A stretch of 64,000 nucleotides of DNA. Origin: Octopus vulgaris. Lineage: Eukaryota. The stretch is from positions 152,644,001-152,708,000 of the forward strand of contig OX597816.1 in NCBI GenBank assembly GCA_951406725.2. The letters are read 5' to 3'. The notes beneath the pieces were generated by a model. That model had not been told where the DNA came from and searched no databases. It saw only the letters and a program-made list of their open reading frames with translations. Below are positions 29,392 to 42,107 of this stretch, piece by piece. Position numbers and translations under genes: made by a program. Numbering within the stretch: position 1 is the first letter of the stretch; the number at the start of each line of letters is the position of its first letter.

Positions 29392-29655
29392 GCCACGGGC
29401 TGTGTGTTATGTTCTTGAGCAAGACACTTTACTTCATGTTGATCCACTTCACTCGGCTGCTAAAATGAGTTGTGTCGTCACTGGTGTCAACCTGTCTCGG
29501 CCTTTTGCCTTTCGGTGGCGTGGAGAGCGGAGACTGGCATGCATGGGCGACAGCTGGTCTTTCATAAACAACTTTGCTCGGACTTGTGCCTCGGGGACGA
29601 ACTTTCTATGTGCAATCCCATGGCCATTTGTGACCAAAGGGACTCTTTACTCTTT
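29392..29655 (+). mobile_element. SINE family C, lacking the head
   Basis: gttcttgagcaagacact...gcatgcatgggcgac..ggtctttcataaacaactttgctcggacttgtgcctc is the reverse complement of 58845-59165. Confidence 0.75.
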
Positions 29656-29731
29656 ACCCTAGTGTACTGAAACTTGGCCACAAAATTAAGCAATAACGAA
29701 CCGAAATTTAACCAATAGCTAACCAACTGTC

Positions 29732-29789
<58 letters not shown>

Positions 29790-29819
29790 CATTATTATTA
29801 TTACTATTATTATTATTCA

Positions 29820-30017
29820 GGCGGCGAGTTGGCAGAATCGTTAACATTCCGGGCGAAATGCTTAGCTACGTTCTGAGTTCAAATTCCGCCGAAGTCGACT
29901 TTGCCTTTTATCCTTTCGAGGTCGATAAATTAAGTGCCAGTTGAGTACTAGGGTCGATGTGATTGACTATCCCCCTCCCCACAAAATCCAGGCCTTCCAT
30001 CTTTATTAGAAAGGATT
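29820..30017 (+). mobile_element. SINE family B
   Basis: ggcggcgagttggcagaatcgtta (A-box-like)...gagttcaaattccgcc (B-box) gaagtcgactttgcctt...; flanked by (TTA)n. Confidence 0.85.
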
Positions 30018-30920
30018 ATTATTATCATTACTATTATTATTAAATATTATATCGAAGAAGCTACGGAAGAAACTATAGAAGAATTAGAATATTCTTTTAA
30101 TTTGTTGCACGAACATTCCTCCGGCAATAGAATTTAACGTGCAACCCAACTCCCTGTTTATTACACTGCGTACATAATATTTCAAGACATGATTGATTAT
30201 CTCGATGACAATCACTTTTTTTTCAAGATAAGATCTAAAGATTTTTTTTTTACCTGAGGGATGAAGGACAATAGGAAATAAAATTATACCATTTTTAAGG
30301 GCAGGGAGGGCAGAAACGGTATAGTGTTAAACTAAACATGGTAAAGTATTTAACTCCCACTTTATCAATTCTAAGTTCAAATCTCGACTTGGCTGGTAGA
30401 ATTTTCCTTTTACCTCTACTCCATCGATTAAGTAACTATAAGTATTTCACCGATTGTTGATTTAATGGACGTTGTTTCAATGTTTGCTTTGTTAAAAAAA
30501 AACTGCGTTAATGGCAAAGAAAGTGCAGTGGAGGTATAACCAGTAGAGTACCGTAAATGGCAACCGGCAGTCTTTAGTTTTAAGTTCTGAGTCTCATTCA
30601 TGAAGCAGTATCAATGTATTCGTCTAGAGCCTGTTACGTTCAAATATTGGCAGTGTGCTTATGCTAGAAATCAATATTTAGTTACATGCCGTTACATCCC
30701 AAGTTCATTAGGACGAATTGCCTTTCATTCTTTCGGGGTATATCAAATAAAATACCAGTCATTAACTCGTGTCGATTAAGTAACTATACTCATTCCTTAA
30801 AATGTGTAGCTTTCAGTAGTAAAAATACTAAAAGATTGCCACTATGGTAAGTAGGTGAGTAGGCGAGAGACCTAAACAACTTGTGACGCTAGAACAAGAC
30901 CAAAGAAGAGATTTATAGAC

Positions 30921-30921
<1 letters not shown>

Positions 30922-30951
<30 letters not shown>

Positions 30952-31055
30952 CTTCTTCTTCTTCTTCTTCTTCTTCTTCTTCTTCTTCTTCTTCTTCTTC
31001 TTCTTCTTCTTCTTCTTCTTCTTCTTCTTCTTCTTCTTCTTCTTCTTCTTCTTCT
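30922..31055. repeat. Pure (CTT)n microsatellite
   Basis: About 44 uninterrupted units; source of the spurious poly-Arg ORF. Confidence 0.95.
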
Positions 31056-31623
31056 ATTGCATCTTGATATAGGAGTGATGCTACCAGCCTTAATTTGTAG
31101 CCTTACAACTGGAGTTTGTGAATTTCGTATTTTAATTAGGTAAGCAAATAAAAAAAAAAACGAGATGTCTTTAGATATATTAGTGGCTGAGTCCTCCAAA
31201 TGTAAACTTTTGCCGAATCTTTTTAACATGTCCTCGTAATGAGAAACTGGAATATTAATGACAGCGACATAATAACAAAGATTGGGAAAGTTATTTCAAG
31301 AGGCCTACGAGGAAGAATATTAATGTAATATGCAAGTGGTGTAGCTGTGTACTAACAAACGTAAATCTACTTTAATCGATCATGAGAAATCTGTAATTCT
31401 AATTTCAGGCATATTTGCGAAGGCTAGTATCTAAACTAAGGAAGTGGAAAATTTTGAAATTAAATATATGTATAAAGACATCATTGTATTCGATCGGTGG
31501 ATCATCATATAAATTTATAACAAGATACAGGAAAAAGGAGTCCTATTACAGAGACTCTACCGCCACTACAAACGGACTTACAGAAAATAATAAAAATCAA
31601 ACAACCACACACACACACACACA

Positions 31624-31736
<113 letters not shown>

Positions 31737-32254
31737 ACAATTATCTCAACAAAGTAGCATCTTATTCTGTCGAATCGCAGATGGTATTGCAAGCGTCATG
31801 TAGTGATTTCAGGTAAAGGATTACGACAAATTACGTGTTCTGAATTTAAAAAAAAAAAACCGACAAAGAGAAGAAACTATCAACAAAGAAAAAAGAAAAA
31901 AGAAAAAAGAAAAAGAAAAAGAAGAAACCATTCCTTCTGAAAAATGCTAATTTACGATAGACTAAGATCACAACTCAGTTTTATTTCTCTTCGTATGTTT
32001 GAATTTAGAAGATCCAGGTATAAACACAGAGATGGAATAGGTCGCTTATAGTTATTTAAGTTAGGTAAAATTACAATTAAAAGTACGAGATCCAGGTGTC
32101 ACTGTCCGGTAGGAATTGTCTCAGTTTTCAAAGTATCAAGCAACCCAGAGACCTCATCGATCCCTTTTTCTTACTTTTTCCTTTTTCTTTTTATTTTTCT
32201 CTTCAGTTCATTTATTTTAGAATAGAGTACTATTCAATTACATTATGTTCACCC

Positions 32255-32412
32255 TAAGGGCATTTTAAACAGCATTTTAGGCCCCCGGGAAAAGCAATGC
32301 ACTGAGGCTTTTGCACACACAACCGTAGCATGCTTAAATTAGTATTGGGTCCTCTAAGCACGTGTGCCTCCTCGAGCAGCAACCCGTGTAACCATATTTT
32401 AAGACGGCACTG
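32255..32412. mobile_element. Degenerate hAT-like MITE
   Basis: Right end ttaagacggcactg, decayed left end taagggcattttaa. Imperfect 8-bp flanks gttcaccc / actcaccc. Confidence 0.45.
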
Positions 32413-32526
32413 ACTCACCCCTGAAAAGGTAATTGGACTGTGTCATTGAAAAATGTTCATTAGCTTTCAGAGCTGATTATAAATCCTTCAACGAGTATTA
32501 GGCTTTTAGAGACGGATACACTTTAA

Positions 32527-32810
32527 CTACCAAATCCACTCACAAGGCTTTGGTCGGCCCGAGGCTATAGTGGAAGACACTTGCCCAAGGTGCCACGCAG
32601 TGGGACTGAACTCGGAACCATGAGGTTGGGAAGCAAGCTAAGGAAAAGATTAACTGTCCCCCCGCCATCACCACTTGGCAACTGGTGTTGGTGTGTTTAC
32701 GTTACTGTAACCTAGCGGTTCGGCAAAAGATTCCGATAGAATAAGGAACAGGCTTAAAAAATAAGTGCTGGGTTCAATTCATTCAACTAAAAATTCAAGG
32801 CGGTGCCCCA
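32527..32810. mobile_element. Two SINE family A pieces in opposite orientation (32527-32640 minus, tRNA-like 5' half; 32660-32810 plus, 3' half)
   Basis: ctaccaaatccactcacaaggctttggtcggcccgagg...gtgggactgaactcggaaccatg, then ggtgttggtgtgtttacg...tagcggttcggcaaaaga...ggcggtgccccag. Confidence 0.8.
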
Positions 32811-33415
32811 GAAAGAAAGAGAGAGAGAGAGAGAAAGGAAGCTAGAGGCAGAGTAGACTAGTATTTAGAAGATGTATAGAGCATAAGGTATAAGCCCCTA
32901 AGAAAATAAGATAGACAACTGGCTTCTTAGATAGATTGGGATCGACAGCTAAGTAGATATATTGATTGCTACACAATTAGATAGACAAACAGCCACAACC
33001 ACGAATAAGCAGATTAACGACAGGTATACTATATAAATGTATTATGTCTCAGCTAAAAGTAGGCGAGAGAAAGTATAAATTTACCTATGTTTTCTGATAA
33101 TCATAGAAATTTGCATCTTTCGCGTTGACTAAGTGCACTAAAAGAGGTTAACGGGTATATAATATGACCTTTTTCACATGGCTTTGTTTCACAATGTATA
33201 CATATGTGTACTTGTATACGTGTACGTGCCTGTGTGAGGGAGTGTATGTGTTCGTGTGATGGCTGTGTTTGTTGGGTGTGTGTTACATATTAATGAGGAT
33301 AGATAAATAGCCAGATAGGCATATAAATAATTGGGCAGATACAGAGATAAATACGAACAAATATCTGTCAATCTGTCTGCCTGTCTATCTATCTATCTAT
33401 TTATCTATCTATCTA

Positions 33416-33484
<69 letters not shown>

Positions 33485-33778
33485 GTATGTCTATCTGTTT
33501 CTCTGTATGTCTATCAAATACCTCCCCCTCCCGACTTTATGTATCTAAAGAAAGACGGAAGGAAAGAATAAGTGAGAGAAGGTAAGTAATATAGCAAAAC
33601 AGGCAGAAAAATAAATAAATAGAAAAATATATTGGCAGGTATACAATTAGAGAAATAGAACCGATTGATAATATTAATTTATTAATCATAATATGTAGCG
33701 TATTTGATGCAGTCTTTCAACAACATATACACATACATACATACATACATACATACATACATACATACATGCATGCAT

Positions 33779-33869
<91 letters not shown>

Positions 33870-33936
33870 CATGTGTGTATCTATATGTATATATAAATAA
33901 ATATATAGATATATATACATGTGTGTGTCTATATGT

Positions 33937-34015
<79 letters not shown>

Positions 34016-34244
34016 AGAGAGAGAGAGAGAGAGAGAGAAGGAAGGAGAGGAAGAGATAGAGAGAAAGAAAAGATAAAGGGTGTAAGAAATATGCGTTATG
34101 TATATTAAAAAGTGAGACAATCTGCTCTTTATGTATGTATATAAGGCAATTATGCATAAAGCTATTATTTTTATTAGACCAGAGCGTGAGATTGATTTTT
34201 AATTACACATATGTATATGTATATGTATATGTATATTTATTTAT

Positions 34245-34316
<72 letters not shown>

Positions 34317-34406
34317 TACATATGCACACGTATACAGTTATGCATATTTATGTGCATTTGTGTATATATGTACTTCTATGTGTGTGTGTGGTGTTCATAT
34401 ATATTT

Positions 34407-34443
<37 letters not shown>

Positions 34444-35232
34444 GATACATACGCCCAATATAGGGTCACAGGCAAACATAGATTTCGTAAACATATACAT
34501 ACATAAATTCGATGATTATGCAAATTAAGCAAGTTCGTATAAGCATATATGAGCACATTCACACACACACACACACATGCACACTGATATATACACGCAC
34601 ATACGCACACATATAGTATAAAACAACTGAAATCAAGTCAATTGTTTTCGCAAATAAGGCAAATATGCAAATTATGCAGATGATGAATACCATCGGCTCC
34701 TCCACCACCAACAGTATTACTCCCGTTACCATCCCTTATTGTACACAATACAAAAAAATACACACTAGTTGTATGATTTACCCACGAAATCTATCTCCCG
34801 GCAGAAGCTAATTGAATGACATATAATGCCATGTTCTTGTGTCTGCATATCCGTGAGAATAGTAGACTATGGACATTTAGTCCTGTGTGGGGGAAAGTTT
34901 TAAAGCCACTGACAAGACAGGATTGAAGGAAGGTAGAAACCTGTGAAAGAGAGAGAATATTAAGGTAGGAGAGAAGAAAGGAAAGCAAGAAAGAAAAGAA
35001 AGTGTTCGGCAGAATAAAAGAAGGAAAAACGAAAGAAAAATAGAGAGAAAGAAAGGTAGACAGATAGATAATAGATAGTAAACGGATAGATAGCTGGCTA
35101 GCTAGCTAGCTAGATAGAAATAATAATGGTGAAATAAAGGGTTCGAAAAATAAGGTAGGAATGTCGAGGCTAACTATGAATACATATATGAATATATGTG
35201 TATGTATGTATATTTGTGTGTGTATATATATA

Positions 35233-35617
35233 CTAGACTACCCGTGACCCGTTAGGTCACCGAGAAACCTCTTAGTTTCCCAGCAACAGAGCTTTGTTTC
35301 GTGGGGTTTTTTCCTTTTCCATGTTATTTCGCAAGCTTTCAACGAATGTGACATCGAAAGGTTAGAGATTCTTCCCTTTTAAGATGAAGTTAAATTCGGA
35401 TCATTTTCCCATTATGCACCGTTTGGGTATTTATACCCAAAACCCCGAATATATCAATAACAACTGCTCCAATTTACGCAAAACGTGTTTCATTCCGTTC
35501 GTATTAACATTTCAGGGTAAAGTTGATTCATAGTATTTTCCCATTATGCTCCAGTTTCGTTGGGTAACATTGTAAGCAAGCAAGCAAACAAGATTCAAGC
35601 ATTTAATGTATTATAGA
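35233..35617 (-). mobile_element. Non-autonomous Helitron
   Basis: The minus strand begins A|TCtataatac and ends with hairpin ggtgacc-taac-gggtcac then gtagtCTAG|T. AT target site, no TSD. Confidence 0.7.
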
Positions 35618-35618
35618 T

Positions 35619-35704
<86 letters not shown>

Positions 35705-36410
35705 ATCTCAGAGAGTTGAAAGCAAAATAAATTTCGGCGGGATTTGAATTGAGAATCTAAATAGTCGCCACAAATACCACAGAAGATTTTTCTTCTGACA
35801 CCCGAATGATACTGCCAAACTACTACACTAAAGAATTCTGCACATAATGAAAGCGGGAATGGGCAAGAAATCATTAACAAAAGGCATTTTGTTGATTAAC
35901 ACGACAAGAATTGAAGATAGCCGCCAACACATTGAATTACTGCTATCTGTGAAAGGAGAAGAAATTCTTTCCAGGAATGATAGAGTACTAGAGGGCAGGA
36001 GTAATCCCTTCTTTTCCTAGATATGATATCCAGGAAACCTACTACATACTAAGTACCTTGCCCTCAGATGTAACAAAAGATCTACTGAGGAATATTGGAA
36101 CCACAACCTATATACAGCTCAATAGTTTGATATTTTACTTACATCAGTTCTCCCCTGCAATCTGAATTGAAGATTTATTTAATATAGACCTTACCCTTAT
36201 TTTTTTTATATAATGTAATATGACTGCATTAAAATTTAAAAATAACAAAGCATAGAATCCAGTTTTGATGTGCATCATGATATCTACATAATCAAATATG
36301 AGCCTTAATAAGTAATGAGATTGCGAACTTGTGTGTAATTGCTTGATATACTATTTATAGTAATCAAATTTCTCCCAACAAACTCCTTATAGAGATTATA
36401 TATTTTAGAG

Positions 36411-36587
36411 CAATGGTTCTCCACCATTTTTCACCTATGGAACCCTTTTATTTCTATTTTACTCTACTGGATCCCCATAACTATTTGTGTATTGTGAAAG
36501 TATAACCAATTTATTACATATAAACCTCAACAACAAAATCTTATACGGACCCTCAAGGGTCAAATGAACCACGATTGAGAACCACTG
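36411..36587. mobile_element. hAT (Charlie-like) MITE, 177 bp
   Basis: TIRs caatggttctcca / ttgagaaccactg and perfect 8-bp TSD ttttagag (36403-36410 and 36588-36595). Confidence 0.85.
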
Positions 36588-37232
36588 TTTTAGAGCAACA
36601 CAGTCACAGTAACACTAAAATAATAATAGTAAAAAAATTGTGTTTATAAGCGGTACAGTAGACTGCACTCCCTTTGTTACTGGTACTTATTTTATTACTG
36701 CGAGGAGAGAAAGTAAGATTGAAGCCTGCGGGCTTTGAATGCAACACCAAAACAAGGACGAGGCTAAATAATGCAGAGTATTGCGGCAATTTACCGTTTC
36801 TACCCTTCCATTGCCTTTACCTCAATCATAATTAATAACATCACATCCATCTAATATAAAAAGTGACAGTCTAAACAATCGCTGTAAGACATTTTGTTTT
36901 GTGGGAGCAAGTATGTGATCAGAGGTGGCAGGTTGTCATGATATCCAGAATAATTAGTCTGGTGATATACGAGACTTTCTGATGGGCGTTGTGAGGGGAA
37001 AGGAAGACAATGCAAAAATATGGGAAGGGTTGGGGGAGGCTCTGAAAAAATATAAAGAAAGGAAGATAGAGGCAAGTAAAAAACAAAAAAAAAATGGGAG
37101 AAAGTCAAAAAGAATAAACATGATGAAAGAACCAGAAAAGACAGAACGAATACCACACAAAAAAAATTAAAAGCTAAAAACAATACAGACACACACACGC
37201 ATAATGTATGTATATAAGTGTATGTATGTATG

Positions 37233-37266
<34 letters not shown>

Positions 37267-37316
37267 TGTATGTATGTCTATGTGTGTATGTATGTATGTA
37301 TATCTATGTGTGTATG

Positions 37317-37361
<45 letters not shown>

Positions 37362-37951
37362 AAAGCAGACCAGAAAACGAAAATGAAATGAAAAATGAGA
37401 AAATAAATAAATAGATGAATAAATTATAGAAAGGAAAATGTACATTATCCTTTAATATAAGGCTGATTATCTTCCTAGGTAAATTTCACAATGTGTCCTA
37501 TAGACTTTTTATCCGGTCACTTCCTATTGTGCCATTGTTTATAAGTGATACCCAACACTTCACTCAGCAGGCTTATAAGCGAGCTTAGTCGATAGACTGC
37601 TGGTATACTAACCGAAGGTTCGGCGTTTCGTATCCAGTTACATGCAGTTCATTTAACAAACAATACCAGCGACAATAGAAACAGCAATAAACAAAACTAT
37701 AAACAACCAAACACTTAATTCTTACCGAGCAAGGTCACCTAGGCTAAAGTAACATTAGGTGTTACCATGAGACATGGTAACATTGTAGTAAATGGAAATT
37801 AGGTTTCCAGGCCCAACGCCCTTCGTTGGTAGAGGAGAGGGAAAACAGGGAATCACTTCAAAATATCTTCTCTCGAATTACCAGAGATCGATGAAGTCCC
37901 ATAGGTGCACCTCAAGTGCAAAATGCGCTATGATACGTGACAGCATTATTC

Positions 37952-38200
37952 TAAACAACCCTTATTCAGGTACCATTTGAGCGGGACGGGCTACTTGACT
38001 TGAAGAAAATTCTAACTGGGCCCCACCTTCAAGGTCATGCGCTGTTAATCTTGATATGGGATCACCATGTCGCGCACATTTGGTTGTGATGCATGTGCCC
38101 GGTGTATCCTTATCAGACGGGTAATCATGATGGTATACTGGGATTCGTATATTTGTACCCAGTGTCACTTTGATGGCATGCACTGCTCGTTCACTCACTC
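37952..38200 (+). mobile_element. 5'-truncated copy of the ~555-bp (TAA)n-associated element (family E)
   Basis: Matches ~39585-39831 (aacccttattcagg...gaagaaaattctaactgggcccca...ttatcagacgggta...cagtgtcactttgatggcatg...cactc) and is followed by a tca/taa tail. Confidence 0.85.
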
Positions 38201-38239
38201 ATCATCATAATAATATCTATAATAATGAAAGTAAGAAAA

Positions 38240-38385
38240 TTATTGCTGTCAAAGCAATAAATTCGAGAGCAGTACCCTTAATCAGATATGAAGTTGGAAT
38301 AATAGACTGGATTAGAAACGATATAAAGAAACTTGACAGAAAAACTAGGAAGTTGTCGACAATGTATAGAGCCCACCATCCAATA
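38240..38385 (+). mobile_element. R4/Dong-like LINE RT C-terminal fragment
   Basis: KAINSRAVPLIRYEVGIIDWIRNDIKKLDRKTRKLSTMYRAHHP matches the AIN..A.P..Y..GI..W...LD.KTRK......HHP pattern of R4/Dong ORFs. Confidence 0.75.
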
Positions 38386-38394
38386 ATAGTTTAT

Positions 38395-38785
38395 ACTCTA
38401 GGCACAAGGCCTTGAAAATTTTGCAGGACAGGGGGGCTAGTCGATTAGATCGACCCCAGCGCGTAGCTGGTACTTATTTAATCGACCCCGAAAGGATGAA
38501 AGGCAAAGTCGACCTTGGCGGAATTTGAAGTCAGACTGCAGCGGCAGACGAAATACCTATTTTTTTACTACCCACAAGGGGCTAAACACAGAGGGGACAA
38601 ACAAGGACAGACAAACGGATTAAGTCTATTACATCGACCCTAGTGCGTAACTGGTACTTAATTTATCGACCCCGAAAGGATGAAAGGCAAAGTCGACCTC
38701 GGTGGAATTAGAACTCAGAACGTAACGGCAGACGAAATACTACTAAGCATTTCGCCCGGCGTGCTAATAATTCCGCCAGCTCGCC
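38395..38785 (-). mobile_element. SINE family B, dimeric/tandem copy
   Basis: Two consecutive tcgaccccgaaaggatgaaaggcaaagtcgacct cores (38482 and 38666). The head ends at ttcgcccggcgtgctaa...gccagctcgcc. Confidence 0.85.
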
Positions 38786-38810
38786 ATTTTTATTATTGTT
38801 GTTGTTGTTG

Positions 38811-38891
<81 letters not shown>

Positions 38892-38896
<5 letters not shown>

Positions 38897-39010
38897 TCCG
38901 CCTTAGCGAAGGCGGAGTTATTATTTTTAGTCGTGTTGTTTGTTTGTTTGTCCGTGCACAAGATATCTCAAGAACCACTGGATGGATTCGGATGAAACTT
39001 TCAGAGATAA
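38892..39010 (+). mobile_element. Helentron/HINE (DINE-1-like) 5' fragment
   Basis: ttacctccgcc-ttagcgaa-ggcggag stem-loop, then (tgtt)n, then caagatatctcaagaaccactggatggattcggatgaaacttt; a typical HINE layout. Confidence 0.6.
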
Positions 39011-39218
39011 CAGTGGTAATCGGAACGTTGGGCTCAACCCCACTGAAACTTCAAAACTTCTTAAGGCAACTGGAAATCCTATGCAAGATTGATGTCTTAC
39101 AAAATGCAGCCTTATTGGGCACAGCGCACATCTTAAGGAAAGTATTATCTGCCTGAGATCCTTGTTGTGACTTGACAGATGACTAAAGACTCCAGTACAT
39201 TTTACCTATGTTACGAAG

Positions 39219-39275
<57 letters not shown>
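39011..39275 (+). mobile_element. 3' end of R4/Dong-like LINE (restriction-like endonuclease C-terminus, short 3' UTR, (TAA)n tail)
   Basis: VVIGTLGSTPLKLQNFLRQLEILCKIDVLQNAALLGTAHILRKVLSA* (stop at 39156) matches the VIG.LG...LQKAALLGTA.ILR.VL terminus of RLE LINEs. Followed by ~65 nt of UTR and (taa)n. Confidence 0.8.
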
Positions 39276-39277
<2 letters not shown>

Positions 39278-39831
39278 GCCCTGATGCAGTACCAGGCAGT
39301 GGCTCTCATGGCTTCTGATCTTAACTGATTGGAAGTGTTATCATGTACATTGTTTTGTCTTGGTATAAAAGATGGGCTACAGCAAATATTCTGCTCAATA
39401 CCACAGATTTGCTTGTCAGTTGTTTGACCTTAACCAGTTGAGCATGTCCCTTAGTGGCTGACGATATGTGCATCTCTGATCACGAGCAGAAGTAGTGGGG
39501 GAGCATCATGGCCATGTGTTGAGAGGGATTCTTTGGAGTTTGAATGGTTCACCTCTGGAAACATAGGTGTTTCGTTCAACATCCTAAAGCAACCCTTATT
39601 CAGGGACCGTTTGAGCAGGATGGGCTACTCAACCTGAAGAAAATTCTAACTGGGCCCCACCTGCAAGGTCATGTGCTGTTTATCTTGATATGAGATCACC
39701 ATGTCGCGCACATATGGCTGTGATGCATGTGCCTGGTGTACCTTTATCAGACGGGTAGTCATGATGGGTATATTGGGCTTCGTATATTTTACCCCAGTGT
39801 CACTTTGATGGCATGAACTGCTCTCTCACTC
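39276..39831 (+). mobile_element. ~556-bp unclassified interspersed element in (TAA)n (family E), full length
   Basis: Near-identical reverse complement at 45250-45804 with the same termini (atgccctgatgcagtacc ... ctgctctctcactc); TAA repeats on both sides. Confidence 0.9.
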
Positions 39832-40162
39832 AATAATAATAATAATGATATAGTAGTAGTAGTAGTAGTAGTAGTAGTAACAATTTTCTTTTAATTCGAT
39901 AGCAGGGTTTAATAAAAACAATTCCTTTTTTGGGAAAAGAAAATGGTAATTGTACAGGCTAATATGATAATAAACAATACATTGTGAAGGTACTTAATAA
40001 CGGCTAGATTAACAAAACCAAGTTAAACTATTTTTCACGAGTACAACACGCCCGTGGAGGTGATCGATCGGATATGAACGTCTACTCTTCAGCCTGTAGG
40101 TCGACACAGTGATAACTGAATAAGTACTTGCACTGAGAGAGAGAGAGAGAGAGAAAGAGAGG

Positions 40163-40232
<70 letters not shown>

Positions 40233-40774
40233 CATCAACGCCCTTGAGTCATCCATCAGTCACCTAGCCCCAGACTTATTTTATAACAGCAAATTGTCAC
40301 TATCTTAAAGATTGCTTCAACATAACGATCCGGCGACACGCACATTGGTGCATACGCACGTATTCACACACACACACACATGCACACTCACACACACGCA
40401 TACTCACACAAAGAATCACACTTGCATATACCATATGTCTTGCATTTTTATAGACTTAATGACCTCATATATACCACCGCACGTTTATCATACAAAATAT
40501 GCCAGTTCCGAGGAGCAGCCTTGTCAGAGCTCTGGAAGATTTGGCACAAAGGTTGATAGTTCGTAACCCGTTACTCGTACTCTATTATATTTCTTACGAA
40601 AACCCATAATTCTCAATACCCTAATCCACCTACGTGCAAGTAGGCATCAATAGGACGTACAGTTCACAATTATAAATATGGGAAGCACTGTTCACTTGAA
40701 GTATGTTATTTTTTAAAATTTTGCTGAATATCGATTTGTTATATGAAAAGATGCTCTTTGTCTAGTAAGCTTGA

Positions 40775-41576
40775 TATATATATACATATATAAACGGCTG
40801 GGTGGATTCGCGTGAAAAATGGCACACATGTGGAGACGGGTGTATACATTGAAATGCAGTTAGTATTTTTTTCCTAGCCCCCATACTTACAAAGAAAATC
40901 GATTAAAACTTTTCTAATGGAATTCCCCTGTTTGTTCCGCCATTAAAACAACTAGTTGCTCACACAGCCGGCATATACCATTTCGCTAGCAACAAGGGGA
41001 GTACAGGATGACAATCAGCCAAAACTTTCGCTATGCTGAGTCTCTTCTTTCACATCTTTGTGGTGTTTACCTTAAAAGACGTCAATCTTCACGACACACA
41101 CCTTCACTCACTCACTCACTCTATCTCTCTTTATCACCCTCTTTCTCACATACACACGCGCAAGCACACACGCACGCGCAAGCACACACACACATGTCCA
41201 TTTCATATATCTTCTTTCAGTTTCTGCTCTCTGCAAATAAAATTTTTACGGATACAACTGCTTACAGAAATAGGTATTAATGTATAATTTCTTTCTATGT
41301 TCATAATTAAATCAATGTTTTAATGATTAGACAGAGGTCCAATAGAATAGCTCTCAGAAAGAGACTACGTACAAATTCTTTCTTCACAACTCCTGAAGCT
41401 GTTTTCTGGTAAGGGTGAGGGAGAATCAGGGAATTTTCATATAGCTGGAGGCTCCAATTGAAACAGGGGACCCGAAATTATAAGGTTGAGAAACGCTGTT
41501 ATAGATTATGCCTAGCCGTAAACGATCACAGCCACATCATCCAAACAGACCGGGTGAAACCGGGATTAGCTGCTAG
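40775..41576 (+). mobile_element. Probable non-autonomous Helitron with a nested hAT remnant
   Basis: 5' tatatataaacggc; 3' hairpin ccgggtgaaaccggg followed by tgCTAG. Internal hAT-like end aggttgagaaacgctg at 41483-41498. Confidence 0.5.
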
Positions 41577-41678
41577 CACATATATATATATATATATATT
41601 CTATATTTGATATGTCACATAAGCCGTTAAGTAATTGTGTTTTATAAAGAAAGTGGGTTATTACATATTCATAGTATA

Positions 41679-41805
41679 TTCTTTTCTACTCAAGGCACAA
41701 GGCCCGAGATTTTGGGGGAGGAGGCCAGTCGATTAGATTGACCCCAGTACGCAACTGATACTTAATTTATCGATCTCGAAAGACTGAAAGTCGACCTCGG
41801 CGGAA
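41679..41805 (-). mobile_element. SINE family B fragment
   Basis: aggcacaaggcccgagattttggggg...gtcgattagattgaccccagtacgcaactg...aaagtcgacctcggcggaat. Confidence 0.8.
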
Positions 41806-41906
41806 TATTCATAATATATTACGAATTAAATGATTAAGGACCTTAGAGATTTCCCGAAATTTGTCTAAGTATCTCGCTGTATTTAGCTCCAGTTGTTTGT
41901 CTAAAG

Positions 41907-42107
41907 CAGTACTTTTCAAACTTTTTGCTGGAGCGGAACCCCAAGGAAACATTCCACTGGCTCGGAGAACCCCTGTGCAATAATTTAATAGTCTTATGCA
42001 CGCATATCTGCACAGGAGAATTAAAAATTACTGCCGATTTTAGCAGTTTTGTAACTTCTTGCGGAACCCCTGGACTGTACTGGCAGAACCCTGGTTGAAA
42101 ACCATTG
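41907..42107. mobile_element. hAT (Charlie-like) MITE, 201 bp
   Basis: TIRs cagtacttttcaa / ttgaaaaccattg, repeated gcggaacccc subterminal motifs, and perfect 8-bp TSD gtctaaag (41899-41906, 42108-42115). Confidence 0.9.

Noticed and set aside
39410-39510. HDV-like ribozyme fold within family E
   Set aside because: P1/P3-like pairings can be drawn, but the P1.1 GG and a P2 3' strand were not found by eye; left as untested structure.
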